In this document: piece after piece, positions 1 through 14,500 of the stretch | Position numbering within the stretch: the stretch's first letter is position 1 | How the letters are laid out: each line of letters begins with the position of its first letter | Assembly: GCF_006345805.1 (NCBI RefSeq) | Contig: NC_043006.1 | Coordinates: 60,202,001-60,266,000, forward strand | Reading direction: 5' to 3' | Source: Octopus sinensis | Taxonomy: Eukaryota | Length of the DNA stretch: 64,000 nucleotides | Made by a program: the position numbers and the translations under genes | Notes under the pieces: generated by a model | What the model saw: the letters and a program-made list of their open reading frames with translations, nothing else | Databases searched by the model: none | Told to the model about the DNA's origin: nothing

Positions 1-473
1 CATGCATGCATGCATGCATGCATGCATGCACACATACATACATACATGCATGCATGCATGCATGCATGCATGCATGCATACATACATACATACATACATA
101 CATGCATGCATGCATGCATGCATGCATGCATACATACATACATACATACATACATGCATGCATACATACATACATACATACATACATACATGCATGCATG
201 CATACATGCATGCATGCATGCATGCATGCATGCATGCATACATACATACATACATACATACATACATGCATGCATGCTGCATGCATGCATACATACATGC
301 ATGAATGCATGCATGCATGCATGCATGCATACATACATACATACATACATACATACATACATACATACATACATACATACATGCATGCATACATACATAC
401 ATACATACATACATACACACATACATACATGCATGCATGCATACATACATGCATGCATACATACATACATACA

Positions 474-505
<32 letters not shown>

Positions 506-1736
506 CACACACACATACATACACACATACATACATACACACACATACACACACATACATACATACATACATACGTACACACATATATACATACATACAA
601 ACATACATACATACATACATACAAACAAACATACATACATCCATACATACATACATACATACATACATACATACAAACATACATACATACATACATACAT
701 ACATACATACATACATACATACAAACAAACATACATACATACATACATACATACATACATACATACATACATACATACATACATACATACATACATACAA
801 ACATACATACATACATACATACATACATACATACATGCATGCATACATACATGCATGCATACATACATACATACATACATACATACATACATACAAACAT
901 ACATACATACATACATACATACAAACATACATACATACATACATACAAACATACATACATACATACATACATACAAACATACATACATACATACATACAT
1001 ACATACATACATGCATGCATACATACATGCATGCATACATACATGCATGCATACCATACATACATACATACATACATACATACATACATACATGCATGCT
1101 ACATACATACATACATGCATGCATGCATGCATCACATACATGCATACATACACATACATACATACATACATACATACATACATACATGCATGCATACATA
1201 CATACATACATCATGCATGCATGCATGCATGCATACATGCATGCATACATACATACATACATACATACATACATACATACATACATACATGCATGCATAC
1301 ATACATGCATGCATACATGCATGCATACATACATACATACATACATACATGCATGCATACATACATACATACATACATACATGCATGCATGCATGCATAC
1401 ATGCATGCATACATACATACATACATACATACATACATACATACATACATACATGCATGCATACATACACACATACATGCATGCATGCATGCATACATGC
1501 ATGCATGCATACATACATACATACATACATACATACATACATACATGCATGCATGCATGCATGCATACATACATACATACATACATACATACATGCATGC
1601 ATCATGCATGCATACATACATACATACATACATACCATGCATGCACGCATGCATGCATGATACATGCATGCATGCATACATACATACATACATACATACA
1701 TACATGCATGCATACATACACACATGCATGCATGCA

Positions 1737-1767
<31 letters not shown>

Positions 1768-2940
1768 CATACATACATAATGCATGCATGCATACATACA
1801 TACATACATACATACATACATCATACATACATGCATGCATGCATGCATGCATACATACATAACATACATACATACATACATACATACATACATACATGCA
1901 TGCATACATGCACACATACATACATGCATGCATGCATGCATGCATACATGCATGCATGCATACATACATACATACATACATACATACCTACATGCATGCA
2001 TACATACACACATACATGCATGCATGCATGCATGCATACATACATGCATGCATACATACATACATACATACATACATACATACATACATACATGCATGCA
2101 TACATACACACATACATACAAACATACATACATACATACATACATACATACAAACATACATGCATGCATACATACACACATGCATGCATGCATGCATGCA
2201 TACATACATACATGCATGCATGCATACATACACACATGCATGCATGCATGCATGCATGCATACATACATGCATGCATACATACATACATACATACATACA
2301 TACATACATGCATGCATGCATACATACATACATACATACATACATACATACATACATACATACATACATGCATGCATGCATGCATACATACATACATAAT
2401 ACATACATACATACATACATACACACATACATACATACATGCATACATACACACATACATGCATGCATGCATGCATGCATGCATACATACATACATACAT
2501 ACATACATACATACATGCATGCATACATACACACATACATGCATGCATGCATGCATGCATAAATACATGCATGCATACATACATACATACATACATACAT
2601 ACATACATACATGCATGCATGCATACATACATACATACATACACATACACACATACATACATACATACATACATACATGCATGCATGCATACATACATAC
2701 ATACATACATACATACATACATACATACATGCATGCATACATACACGCATACATACATACATACATACATACAAACATACATACATACATACATACATAC
2801 ATACATACATACATACATACATACAAACAAACATACATACATACATACATACCTACATACATACATACAAACATACATACATACATACATACATACATAC
2901 ATACATACATACATACATACATACTACATACATACATACA

Positions 2941-3204
2941 TGGGAGCTAACTTGCACCTAGACAACAACAATGGGAGCCTTAACATAGTTGATTGCCAAG
3001 CTAAATTAGCAGTCAAAGTACCAAAACAAATCATATACTACTGCCTTCAAGATGGAACGGTGTTTTAGGTTATGTAGGATCTGATATATAAGAATAAAAA
3101 ACACTGAAGACTTTCATCGAAGATATAGTCAAGATGGGAATAATTATCCCAGTTCCCCTTCAAATTACACATCCTACCATCCTACCGGATGTATACATTA
3201 GTGT
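2941..3204. repeat. Unique 264-bp spacer inside the satellite (copy A)
   Basis: tgggagctaacttgc...gtatacattagtgta. Recurs at 6011-6266 with few substitutions and one fewer atcctacc 8-mer. Confidence 0.93.
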
Positions 3205-3215
3205 ACATACATACA

Positions 3216-3247
<32 letters not shown>

Positions 3248-3473
3248 CCACACACATACATACATACATATACATACACACATCATACATACATGCATAC
3301 ATACACACATACATACACACATACATACATACACACACATACACACACATACATACTACATACATACATACATACATGCATGCATGCATGCATGCATACA
3401 TACATACATACAACTATACATACATACATACATACATACATACTACATACATACATACACATACACACACACA

Positions 3474-3505
<32 letters not shown>

Positions 3506-3691
3506 CACACACACATACATACATACATGCATACATACACACATACATACATACATGCATACATACACACATACATATACACATACATACATACACACAC
3601 ATACACACACATACATACATACATACATACATACATTCATGCATGCATGCATGCATACATACGTACATACATATATACATACATGCATACA

Positions 3692-3740
<49 letters not shown>

Positions 3741-4006
3741 CACACACACATACATACATACATGCATACATACACACATACATACATACATGCATACATA
3801 CACACATACATACACACATACATACATACACACACATACACACACATACATACATACATACATTCATGCATGCATGCATGCATACATACATACATACAAA
3901 CATACATACATACATACATACATACATACATACATACATACATACATACACACATACATACATGCATGCATGCATGCATACATACATGCATGCATACATA
4001 CATACA

Positions 4007-4038
<32 letters not shown>

Positions 4039-4752
4039 CACACACACATACATACACACATACATACATACACACACATACACACACATACATACATACA
4101 TACATACATACAAACATACATACATACATACATACATACATACAAACATACATACATACATACATACAAACATACATACATACATGCATACATACAAACA
4201 TACATACATACATACATACAAACATACATACATACATACATACATACATACAAACATACATGCATACATACATACAAACATACATACATACATACATACA
4301 TACATACATACAAACATACATACATACATACATACATACATACAAACATGCATGCATACATACATACATACATACATACATACATACATACATACATACA
4401 TACATACATACATACATACATACATACATACATACATGCATGCATACATACATACATACATACAAACATACATACATACATACATACATACATACAAACA
4501 TACATACATACATACATACATACATACAAACATACATACATACATACATACATACATGCATGCATACATACATGCATGCATACATACATACATACATACA
4601 TACATACATACATACAAACATACATACATACATACATACAAACATACATACATACATACATACATACATACATACAAACATACATACATACATACATACA
4701 AACATACATACATACATACATACATACATACATACATACATACATACATACA

Positions 4753-4786
<34 letters not shown>

Positions 4787-6010
4787 CATACATACATACA
4801 TACATACATGCATGCATACATACATGCATGCATACACACATACATACATACATACATACATACATACATGCATGCATACATACATACATACATACATACA
4901 TGCATACATACATACATACATGCATGCATACATACATACATGCATACATACATACATACATACATACATACATACATACATACATACATGCATGCATACA
5001 TACACACATACATGCATGCATGCATGCATACATGCATGCATGCATACATACATACATACATACATACATACATACATGCATGCAATGCATGCATGCATAC
5101 ATACATACATAATACATACCATACATACATACATACATACATGCATGCATGCATGCATAGCATCACTACACATACATACATACGTACATACATACATACA
5201 TACTACATGCATGCATACATACATACATACATGCATGCATGCATGCAGCATACATGCATGCATGCATACATACATACATACATACATACATACATGCATG
5301 CATACATACATACATACATACATACATACATACATACATGCATGCATACACACATGCATGCATGCATGTATGCATGCATGCATACATACATACATACATA
5401 CATACATACATACATACATACATACATGCATGCATGCATACATACATACATACATACATACATACATACATACATACATACATACATGCATGCATGCATA
5501 CATACATACATACATACATGCATGCATACATACACACATACATGCATGCATGCATGCATGCATACATACATGCATGCATACATACATACATACATACATA
5601 CATACATACATACATACACACATACATGCATGCATGCATGCATGCATACATACATGCATGCATACATACATACATACATACATACATACATACATACATA
5701 CATACATACATACATACATGCATGCATACATACACACATACATACATGCATGCATGCATGCATACATACATGCATGCATACATACATACATACATACATA
5801 CATACATACAAACATACATACATACATACATACATACATACATACATACATACAAACATACATACATACATACATACATACATACATACATACAAACATA
5901 CATACATACATACATACATACATACATACAAACATACATACATACATACATACCTACATACATACATACAAACATACATACATACATTCATACATACATA
6001 CATACATACA

Positions 6011-6266
6011 TGGGAGCTAACTTGCATCTGGACAACAACAATGGGAGCCTTAACATAGTTGATTGCCAAGCTAAATTAGCAGTCAAAGTACCAAAACAAA
6101 TCATATACTACTGCCTTCAAGATGGAACGGTGTTTTAGGTTATGTAGGATCTGATATATAAGAATAAAAAACACTGAAGACTTTTATCGAAGATATAGTC
6201 AAGATGGGAATAATTATCCCAGTTCCCCTTCAAATTACACATCCTACCGGATGTATACATTAGTGT
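6011..6266. repeat. Unique 256-bp spacer inside the satellite (copy B)
   Basis: Near-identical to 2941-3204. The flanking satellite variants (cctacatac, caaacatac) are also repeated. Confidence 0.93.
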
Positions 6267-6289
6267 ACATACATACATACATACATACA

Positions 6290-6321
<32 letters not shown>

Positions 6322-6475
6322 CACACACACATACATACATACATGCATACATACACACATACATACATACATGCATACATACACACATACATACACACAT
6401 ACATACATACACACACATACACACACATACATACATACATACATACATACATTCATGCATGCATGCATGCATACA

Positions 6476-6509
<34 letters not shown>

Positions 6510-7759
6510 CATACATGCATACATACATACATACATACATACATACATACATACATACATACATACATACATACATACATACATACATACATACATTCAT
6601 ACATACATACATACATATATACATACATGCATGCATGCATGCGTGCATGCATGCATACATACATACATGTGAAAGGTTTAGTGAGTAAACATTGAAGAAG
6701 TACTAAAGCTGAAGTCCCTAAGGCGTGAACAAGATAACACCACTGAAAGCCCGCACCGGACGAGACCATCAAAGACAGAGACAACAAAGTTGTGTGCTTG
6801 TCTCACTGTTTTTAGCGGGCTATAAACGAGTTTTTCTCAAGCTGCTGATGATCAAGAGTTGCCTGCGGAATTCTAAGATTAAGTGATGTTACGAAAATCT
6901 GACTCGAAGATATCTTCCTTTGCTTTATGGCAAAACACCGAAACAGAAGAATTGCTTTTGTGTTCCATCACCTTTATCTATTGCTACTTTAGAATTACAT
7001 TAAAAACTGACATTCGACATTTATTTATTTGTGTAATAAATACATTTAAATCTCATTTCTCAGATTTCATTCTTATATAAAAGTTTATCCATCTTCATAG
7101 TTTTCTGCCCGAACTTTTACTGAGTTGCCACATAGAGGGAGTAAAACCAAAAAAATAAGTGTCTCAAATCGTAAAGACAATATAGGAATGAATTGTCTGT
7201 AAGAAAATATATATTTGATTTGAATATCAGAATACAGATTACTTAGATTTAACGTTGGTGTAAATGTGTCCTGTATACAAAACAATTAAGAAAGACAAAA
7301 GAATTTCGTCAAGTGAAAAAACACCGTGGTAAAACATGTGAACCTACGCAAAATTATTTTCGTTATGATTGGGTGTGGATGTTTAATGACAAGGATATAT
7401 TCCCAGCAATTAAATGAAAACCTGTTAGGAGTCATTTGCTTTCTCAGGATCAACGACTATTATTTATTCTTAAAAAATTATATTGTTAATAGTATTGCGG
7501 TCTATAAACACATTGATTAAAACGTGATGATAATGAAGAACTTATTTAACCACCACCTTGTGAAACACCTCTGATACTATTGTTTTTTATCGTAAGAAGG
7601 CCCAACCTATTTATGAATAGTTTATTTTTAGGAAGAAACCATTAATGAGAAATTAAAACTACCTATTTATTGATGTTTATTTTTGCTGTTTCTAAATACG
7701 GAATTTGTAAAGCCAATTAATTCCCACGATGTATGCAGCTGATCACGTTTATTGCGGCC

Positions 7760-7795
7760 TATATAAAGCGTACGTTTGAGACGTTTGTCAAACTC
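7760..7795 (+). promoter_or_regulatory. TATA box and Inr-like site of the Cys-rich gene, copy 1
   Basis: TATATAAAG at 7760-7768, TCAAAC ~28 nt downstream, ATG at 7867. Conserved in copy 2 (31428). Confidence 0.6.
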
Positions 7796-7866
7796 ATCCT
7801 TGTTTCGGTAAACAACAGTCACCAGTCTACAAGAGGCAGAAAGAAAAGATAAACCAACTGGCCAAC

Positions 7867-7924
7867 ATGCTGCGACTATTGCTACTAGTAACAGTAGCTA
7901 TTTCTTATGTGAACAGCTACAACA
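7867..7924 (+). CDS. Exon 1 (signal peptide MLRLLLLVTVAISYVNS-YN) of secreted multi-module Cys-rich protein, copy 1
   Basis: Good ATG context (ccaacATG), hydrophobic core and GTAAGT donor at 7925. The phase-1 end matches the phase-1 start of the exon at 11524. Confidence 0.8.
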
Positions 7925-8104
7925 GTAAGTAAATTACACCGCTATTCATAATTCATTTCTTTCTTATTTTAAAGTTATTTCGTTCAATTTATCAACAGTA
8001 GTGTTATTACAACTAACTTATCCATGCATGTTATTTAAAATATCGGTGCTACCTAAGACATTTTTCAGTTTTGGCTCTAATTTCTATAGAAAATCTAGAG
8101 ATAA

Positions 8105-8153
<49 letters not shown>

Positions 8154-8264
8154 ACACACACACATATATATATATGCATGCATGTATGTATGTATATGTA
8201 TACATATACATCTATACCTAACTCTCTATATTTATATAACCACAATGGGTTAGAGCCCACACCG

Positions 8265-8850
8265 TCGCTCCAAATACTTGGCTTCACTACTACCGAGGAT
8301 CTCCCCTGGTTTCTGACAAAGGTACATCCTTAGCATCTATAGGATCGCTTTTCAAAGTCTAGCCCTTCTGTTTAGGAACCAGAATACACTTTAGTATCCA
8401 GCAGGTGCTGTCATTCTACAAGGCTTACTTGAAACCCACAATAAGTACTACTGCCGCAAGTAAAACAGTGGCACCACTTTGCGTGATGACATATTGGACG
8501 CATCGAGACAAAGACCATTGATTAGAATTCAGTCACTAATGAGTACACTGCAATATCTGGCGCACGGGTGCGCTGTGTCCTCCCTGTCTTTTCAATCGCT
8601 ATTCTAATGGCCTCTGTTTCTGGGGACTGGTTTGTCTCGTACTACCACCACCCAGGCACAATCGACCCACTCGTCTCTGCAACAATTTTGAAGAGCAGGA
8701 GTTAGTTGATACCATAGATCCCATTACTTGTCTGGCGGGTATACTGGGCTTCATATATTTTACCCCAGTTTAACTTTGATGGCAAGCACAGCTCTGTCAT
8801 TCAGTAATAATCGATCTCAGAGAGATGAACAACAAAGTTGATTTCGACGA
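8265..8850 (+). mobile_element. Decayed LINE (CR1/Jockey group) 3' remnant in intron 1
   Basis: Frameshifted peptides ILGFTTTEDLPW, QQVLSFYKAYLKPT and LMSTLQYLAHGCAVSSLS resemble the post-RT C-terminal region of such LINEs. Second copy at ~31915-32490. Confidence 0.55.
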
Positions 8851-9333
8851 GAGGCGAACTCAGCAATAAAACACAATTTTGGAACGGGATACAGCCTATT
8901 CCATACTTAAAACGTGAGGTCGACTGTTTCTACCGGTGATCTATCACTTTCGAAAAGCATAAATAACAATTTTAGGTAGAAAAATGAAATTAGATGGAAA
9001 AATTATTCAAAGAATTACGTTATCTTTTATCTACCGCCGTGCTTTTGGCGTATATCAGCAAAATTCCACATTTTTTCCTTGCTCCACCTTTGGTGCCTCC
9101 ACTCTGTCTTTATTCTCTTTCATTTTAGTCAATGTCGATGCTTCATTTTCATGCTATTGTCTCTCTCCACAACCCAACTCCTCTTCTTCTGGTATAGTTT
9201 GTAAACTCGTTTCTGTCACCTCCTTATCACCTTCCTCCTCAAGCTCCTTCTCATTCTCTTTTTTCTTTTTCTGCCTTCTCGTTCTTTTCTTTTTCACTTA
9301 TTTACTACTGTGAACGCCTCTTCTGTTATACTA

Positions 9334-9553
9334 CCTATTTCTTTACTACCCACAAGGCGCTAAACACAGAGAGAACAAACAAGGACAGACCAACGGATTA
9401 AGTCGATTTTACCGACCCCAGTGAATAACTGGTACTCCGACAGGATGAAAGGCAAAGTCGACCTCGGCGGAATTTGAACTCAGAACGTAACGGCAGACGA
9501 AATAAGGTTTCACATTTCGCCCGGGGTGATAACGTTTCTGCCAGCTCGCCGCC
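9334..9553 (-). mobile_element. tRNA-derived SINE, family A
   Basis: The minus strand reads ggcggcgagctggcagaaacgtt (A box)...gagttcaaattccgcc (B box)...gcctttcatcct core. The family has many copies in this window. Confidence 0.75.
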
Positions 9554-9835
9554 TCTTCTGTTACTACCGTCTCCTTCACACCCTCTAGCACCACTTCGTC
9601 TTCCTTCTCTTATTCTTCAGGCTATTCCATCCGTTGCTCCTCCTCTTTTTGGGGACACCTTGCCTTCATGTGGTCTTTCTCCCCAAATACATAGCATATA
9701 GGAAGCATACCCTCCACTACTACTTTCAGCCTCACATACTCTACTAAAAATTATTTCCTCTGTAATTTTGTTTAAGTCATTTAATCTTGCTTGTACGGCC
9801 ATCTCTATATGTATATATATAGATATATATATATA

Positions 9836-10090
9836 CTAGCTGAAGGTGACCCGCTCTACGCGCGGGTAAGGGTCTGGGTGTTACTTCCTGTTGCTTCCTT
9901 TCAGCACGTAAAAAGCACCATCCGAACGTGGCCGATTGCAGCACCGCTTTGACTTGCTTCTGTGCCGGTGGCACGTAAAAAGCACCAACCGATCGTTGCC
10001 ACTGCGAGAACCCCTGGAACCAGTGCCGGCGGCACGAAAAAAGCACTCACTACACTCACAGAGTGGTTGGCGTTAGGAAGGTCATCCACC
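9836..10090. mobile_element. Composite insert: Helitron-like 3' end (minus) plus RTE-like repeat fragment
   Basis: The minus strand gives a cccgc-gcgtaga-gcggg hairpin then CTAG-T (9836-9870). It is followed by ggcacgtaaaaagcacc units and gagtggttggcgttaggaagg. Absent from unit 2. Confidence 0.5.
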
Positions 10091-10197
10091 TTCCACTACT
10101 ACTTTCAGCCTCACATACTCTACTAAAAATTATTTCCTCTGTAATTTTGTTTAAGTCATTTAATCTTGCTTGTACGGCCATCTCTATATGTATATAT

Positions 10198-10254
<57 letters not shown>

Positions 10255-10259
10255 TATAT

Positions 10260-10300
<41 letters not shown>

Positions 10301-10349
10301 TATAGGTATATATATATAATATATTATATATATATATATACATATATAT

Positions 10350-10402
<53 letters not shown>

Positions 10403-10962
10403 ATATATATAAACATACATATGAATATGTATATACACATATGTATATGCATATATATATAGGTATAGTGAACATTTTTGAGATATTTAAGGTTCAAAAA
10501 TAGCAACGTCTTGAGGATATTCTTTTTCAAGTTGGATATAATGTCTTAATGTTAATTTTGCTAGTAATATTTTACATGTTAATTACTTTATGTAACTTAT
10601 TGTTTTTGTATGATTCTAATTTCTTTGAGGAGGTCGGTACTCCATAGATGCGTAATTTTGTCAGTTGGTTTTCCGTTTATTTTCCTGAGAGGAGATTTCA
10701 ATGCTGGTTAAAAGGAATTGATCCTTCTTACCTGTTTTCTTTGTGTCTTGGTATGGTTCTATGGTCTTTGTAAGGTCAGTCGGACTAGCACGTGTACTTC
10801 GACGCTTCCTGACCACATATCACCTTTTGTTAAATCTGCCTCGATTACTCTCCCATACTGATACAGGATGTTTCGAACCGATCGTTGTAAGTAACAAAGT
10901 TTCCCTTGTGTTGCATTTTCTATCATTTGTTTAATATATATATATATATATATGTACATGTG

Positions 10963-11013
<51 letters not shown>

Positions 11014-11014
11014 A

Positions 11015-11059
<45 letters not shown>

Positions 11060-11523
11060 TATATATATATGTACATATATATATATACACGTACATATAT
11101 AGTGATAATCAGAAAGATAGATGGAGATGCAGACGAGTTATTGCAACATTATACTCTACGTGCGTACTGAGTTCTTTATCTCCTAGAATTTAGCCATAAC
11201 TATAACTATATATATATATATATAGACACGTATCTATAGTTATGCGTGTTTTATTAGCCTGTATGTGTGTGCGTCAACATAACAATAAAGTTCTCATCAT
11301 CACGATATCTGAAAACTGGTTTTCGGATACATACTGCAAAGTATCTGTATATTTCGGGCTGTACATTCCAACCATTTCTAAAGAATAATGTCGCTCGATA
11401 TTATTCTTTGAGAATTTATAGATATATCATAATCACATACTTACGCTAGAATCTATAACATGTTCTTCTTTCAGGAACATTGTAGTTGTTGATTGAAATA
11501 ATTATTGTTTCTCTTCTTTACAG

Positions 11524-14500
11524 ACGAATGTACATATAATGGAAAGAAGTATACAGGAGTATTTAAGATCGACTGCAACACGTGTGTATGTGACACAAAT
11601 AACAAAGCAATTTGTTCAAATTTACGTTGTGGTTATGGGAAGGGGCCTTCATGTACATATCAAGGCAGACGTTACAGAGTAGGACAGACATTCCAGCAGT
11701 CTTGTAATACATGTAAATGCAACTATGATGGCCAGATAAAATGTGACAACAAAGACTGTCCTAAACGATGTACTTATAAAGAAAAGCAGTACCAAGAAGG
11801 TGAAGAATTCAATGACAACTGTAATAAATGTAAATGTCTTTCTTCTGGATATGTTCAGTGTACCAATAATGTGTGTCAGTGCCAATACAATGGTAAAGAC
11901 TACAATATTGGAGAGAGTTTTAACGATGGCTGTAAGACTTGCACTTGTCAAACTAGAGGAATAGTGCAGTGTAACAGTGATAGATGTGGATGTACTTATA
12001 AAAATGTACAATATCAAATCGGCCAAACCTTCACTGATGATTGCAATACTTGCGAATGTTTGAACAATGGTCAGGTTAAATGTACTAACAAAATTTGTAA
12101 GTGTTACTTCAGAGGAAGAGTATTAAGTGTGGGCCAGAAATTTGAAGGGGATTGTAACATTTGCTATTGTAGAGACAACGGTCAGTTAGAATGTACAAAG
12201 AAAATTTGTCAATGTACTTATCAAGGACAGACATACCGAGTTGGACAAACATTCAGTAATGATTGTAACCAATGTGAATGTTTAAGAAGCGGTATTGTGC
12301 AGTGCTCTCTAACAAACCATGTAAGTGTATATACAATGGAAACACCTACGAAATAGGGACTACATTTAAAAAGGACTGTAATACGTGCACATGCAAAGCC
12401 GATGGGACAGTAGACTGCACAAAAATGTCATGTACCTGTACTTATAATATAATGTTTATAATTTCGGAGCAGAGTTCAAGGATGATTGTAATACTTGCAG
12501 ATGTAAAAATAACGGACAAGTTGATTGTACAAACAAACCCTGCCACTGTACTTATAAAGGACAAACTTATGGAATTGGTAATAGATTTTCGGACGATTGC
12601 AATCAATGCGAATGTTTAGCAACTGGATATGTCCGATGTTCAACCGATGTTTGTGAATGTAAGTACAACAACCAGATATATAAAGTAGGAGAAACATTTA
12701 AACAGGGCTGTAATACGTGCACATGCAAAGCCGATGGGACTGTAGACTGCACAACAAACACATGTACCTGTACTTATAAATATAATGTTTATGATTTCGG
12801 AGCAGAGTTCAAGGATGATTGTAATACTTGCAAATGTAAAAATAACGGACAAGTTGATTGTACAAACAAACCCTGCCGCTGTACTTATAAAGGACAAACT
12901 TATGAAATTGGTACTAAATTTTCGATGGGTTGCACTCAATGCGAATGTTTAGCAACTGGATCTGTCATATGTTTAGCCGATGTTTGTGAATGTAAGTACA
13001 ACAACCAGATATATAAAGTAGGAGAAACATTTAAACAGGGCTGTAATACGTGCACATGCAAACCCGATAGGACTGTAGACTGCACAACAAACCCATGTAC
13101 CTGTACTTATAAATATAATGTTTATGATTTCGGAGCAGAGTTCAAGGATGATTGTAATACTTGCAAATGTAAAAATAACGGACAAGTTGATTGTACAAAC
13201 AGACCCTGTCACTGTACTTATAAAGGACAAACTTATGGAATTGGTACTAGATTTTCGGACGATTGCAATCAATGCGAATGTTTAGCAACTGGATATGTCC
13301 GATGTTCAACCTATCTTTGTCAATGTAAGTACAACAACAAGATATATAAAGTAGGAGAAACATTTAAAAAGGGCTGTAATACGTGCACATGCAAAGCCGA
13401 TAGGACTGTAGACTGCACAACAAACCCATGTACCTGTACTTATAATATAATGTTTATGATTTCGGAGCAGAGTTCAAGGATGATTGTAATACTTGCAAAT
13501 GTAAAAATACGGACAAGTTGATTGTACAAACAGACCCTGCCACTGTACTTATAAAGGACAAACTTATGGAATTGGTAATAGATTTTCGGACGATTGCAAT
13601 CAATGCGAATGTTTAGCAACTGGATATGTCCGATGTTCAACCTATCTTTGTCAATGTAAGTACAACAACAAGATATATAAAGTAGGAGAAACATTTAAAC
13701 AGGGCTGTAATACGTGCACATGCAAAGCCGATGGGACTGTAGACTGCACAACAAACCCATGTACCTGTACTTATAAATATAATGTTTATGATTTCGGAGC
13801 AGAGTTCAAGGATGATTGTAATACTTGCAAATGTAAAAATAACGGACAAGTTGATTGTACAAACAGACCCTGCCACTGTACTTATAAAGGACAAACTTAT
13901 GGAATTGGTAATAGATTTTCGGACGATTGCAATCAATGCGAATGTTTAGCAACTGGATATGTCCGATGTTCAACCTATCTTTGTCAATGTAAGTACAACA
14001 ACCAGATATATAAAGTAGGAGAAACATTTAAAAAGGGCTGTAATACGTGCACATGCAAAGCCGATAGGACTGTAGACTGCACAACAAACCCATGTACCTG
14101 TACTTATAAATATAATGTTTATGATTTCGGAGCAGAGTTCAAGGATGATTGTAATACTTGCAAATGTAAAAATAACGGACAAGTTGATTGTACAAACAGA
14201 CCCTGCCACTGTACTTATAAAGGACAAACTTATGGAATTGGTAATAGATTTTCGGACGATTGCAATCAATGCGAATGTTTAGCAACTGGATATGTCCGAT
14301 GTTCAACCTATCTTTGTCAATGTAAGTACAACAACCAGATATATAAAGTAGAGAAACATTTAAACAGGGCTGTAATACGTGCACATGCAAAGCCGATAGG
14401 ACTGTAGACTGCACAACAAACCCATGTACCTGTACTTATAAATATAATGTTTATGATTTCGGAGCAGAGTTCAAGGATGATTGTAATACTTGCAAATGTA

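Larger units (their letters stand above)
1..6667. repeat. (CATA)n/(CATG)n tetranucleotide satellite array with CA/CAAA variants and a ~3070-bp higher-order period
   Basis: Continuous CATA/CATG units from 1 to ~6667, interrupted only by two near-identical unique inserts (2941-3204, 6011-6266). All long H/T/Y/I/M/A/C ORFs here are translations of the repeat. Confidence 0.97.

Noticed and set aside
2940-3068. Short unique peptide MGANLHLDNNNGSLNIVDCQAKLAVKVPKQIIYYCLQDGTVF in the satellite spacer
   Set aside because: About 42 aa with no recognisable motif, promoter or splice context, so there is no evidence it is coding.
2-6695. Very long ORFs (up to 974 aa) of H/T/Y/I/M/A/C on both strands
   Set aside because: CATA/CATG 4-mers contain no stop codon in any frame, so these are translation artefacts.
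8984-9313. 109-aa hydrophobic ORF, also at 32622
   Set aside because: Low-complexity pyrimidine-rich intron sequence. The frame differs between the two copies and there is no splice support.
10056-11193. IYIY/YIYI-type ORFs here and over other TA/CA tracts (21.4-22.0, 29.2-29.8, 33-35, 44.6-45.0, 57.5-59.0 kb)
   Set aside because: Dinucleotide microsatellite translations.
11505-11523. ORF-track N-terminus MFLFFT
   Set aside because: It starts at a TTG in the intronic polypyrimidine tract. The real N-terminus comes from exon 1 at 7867.
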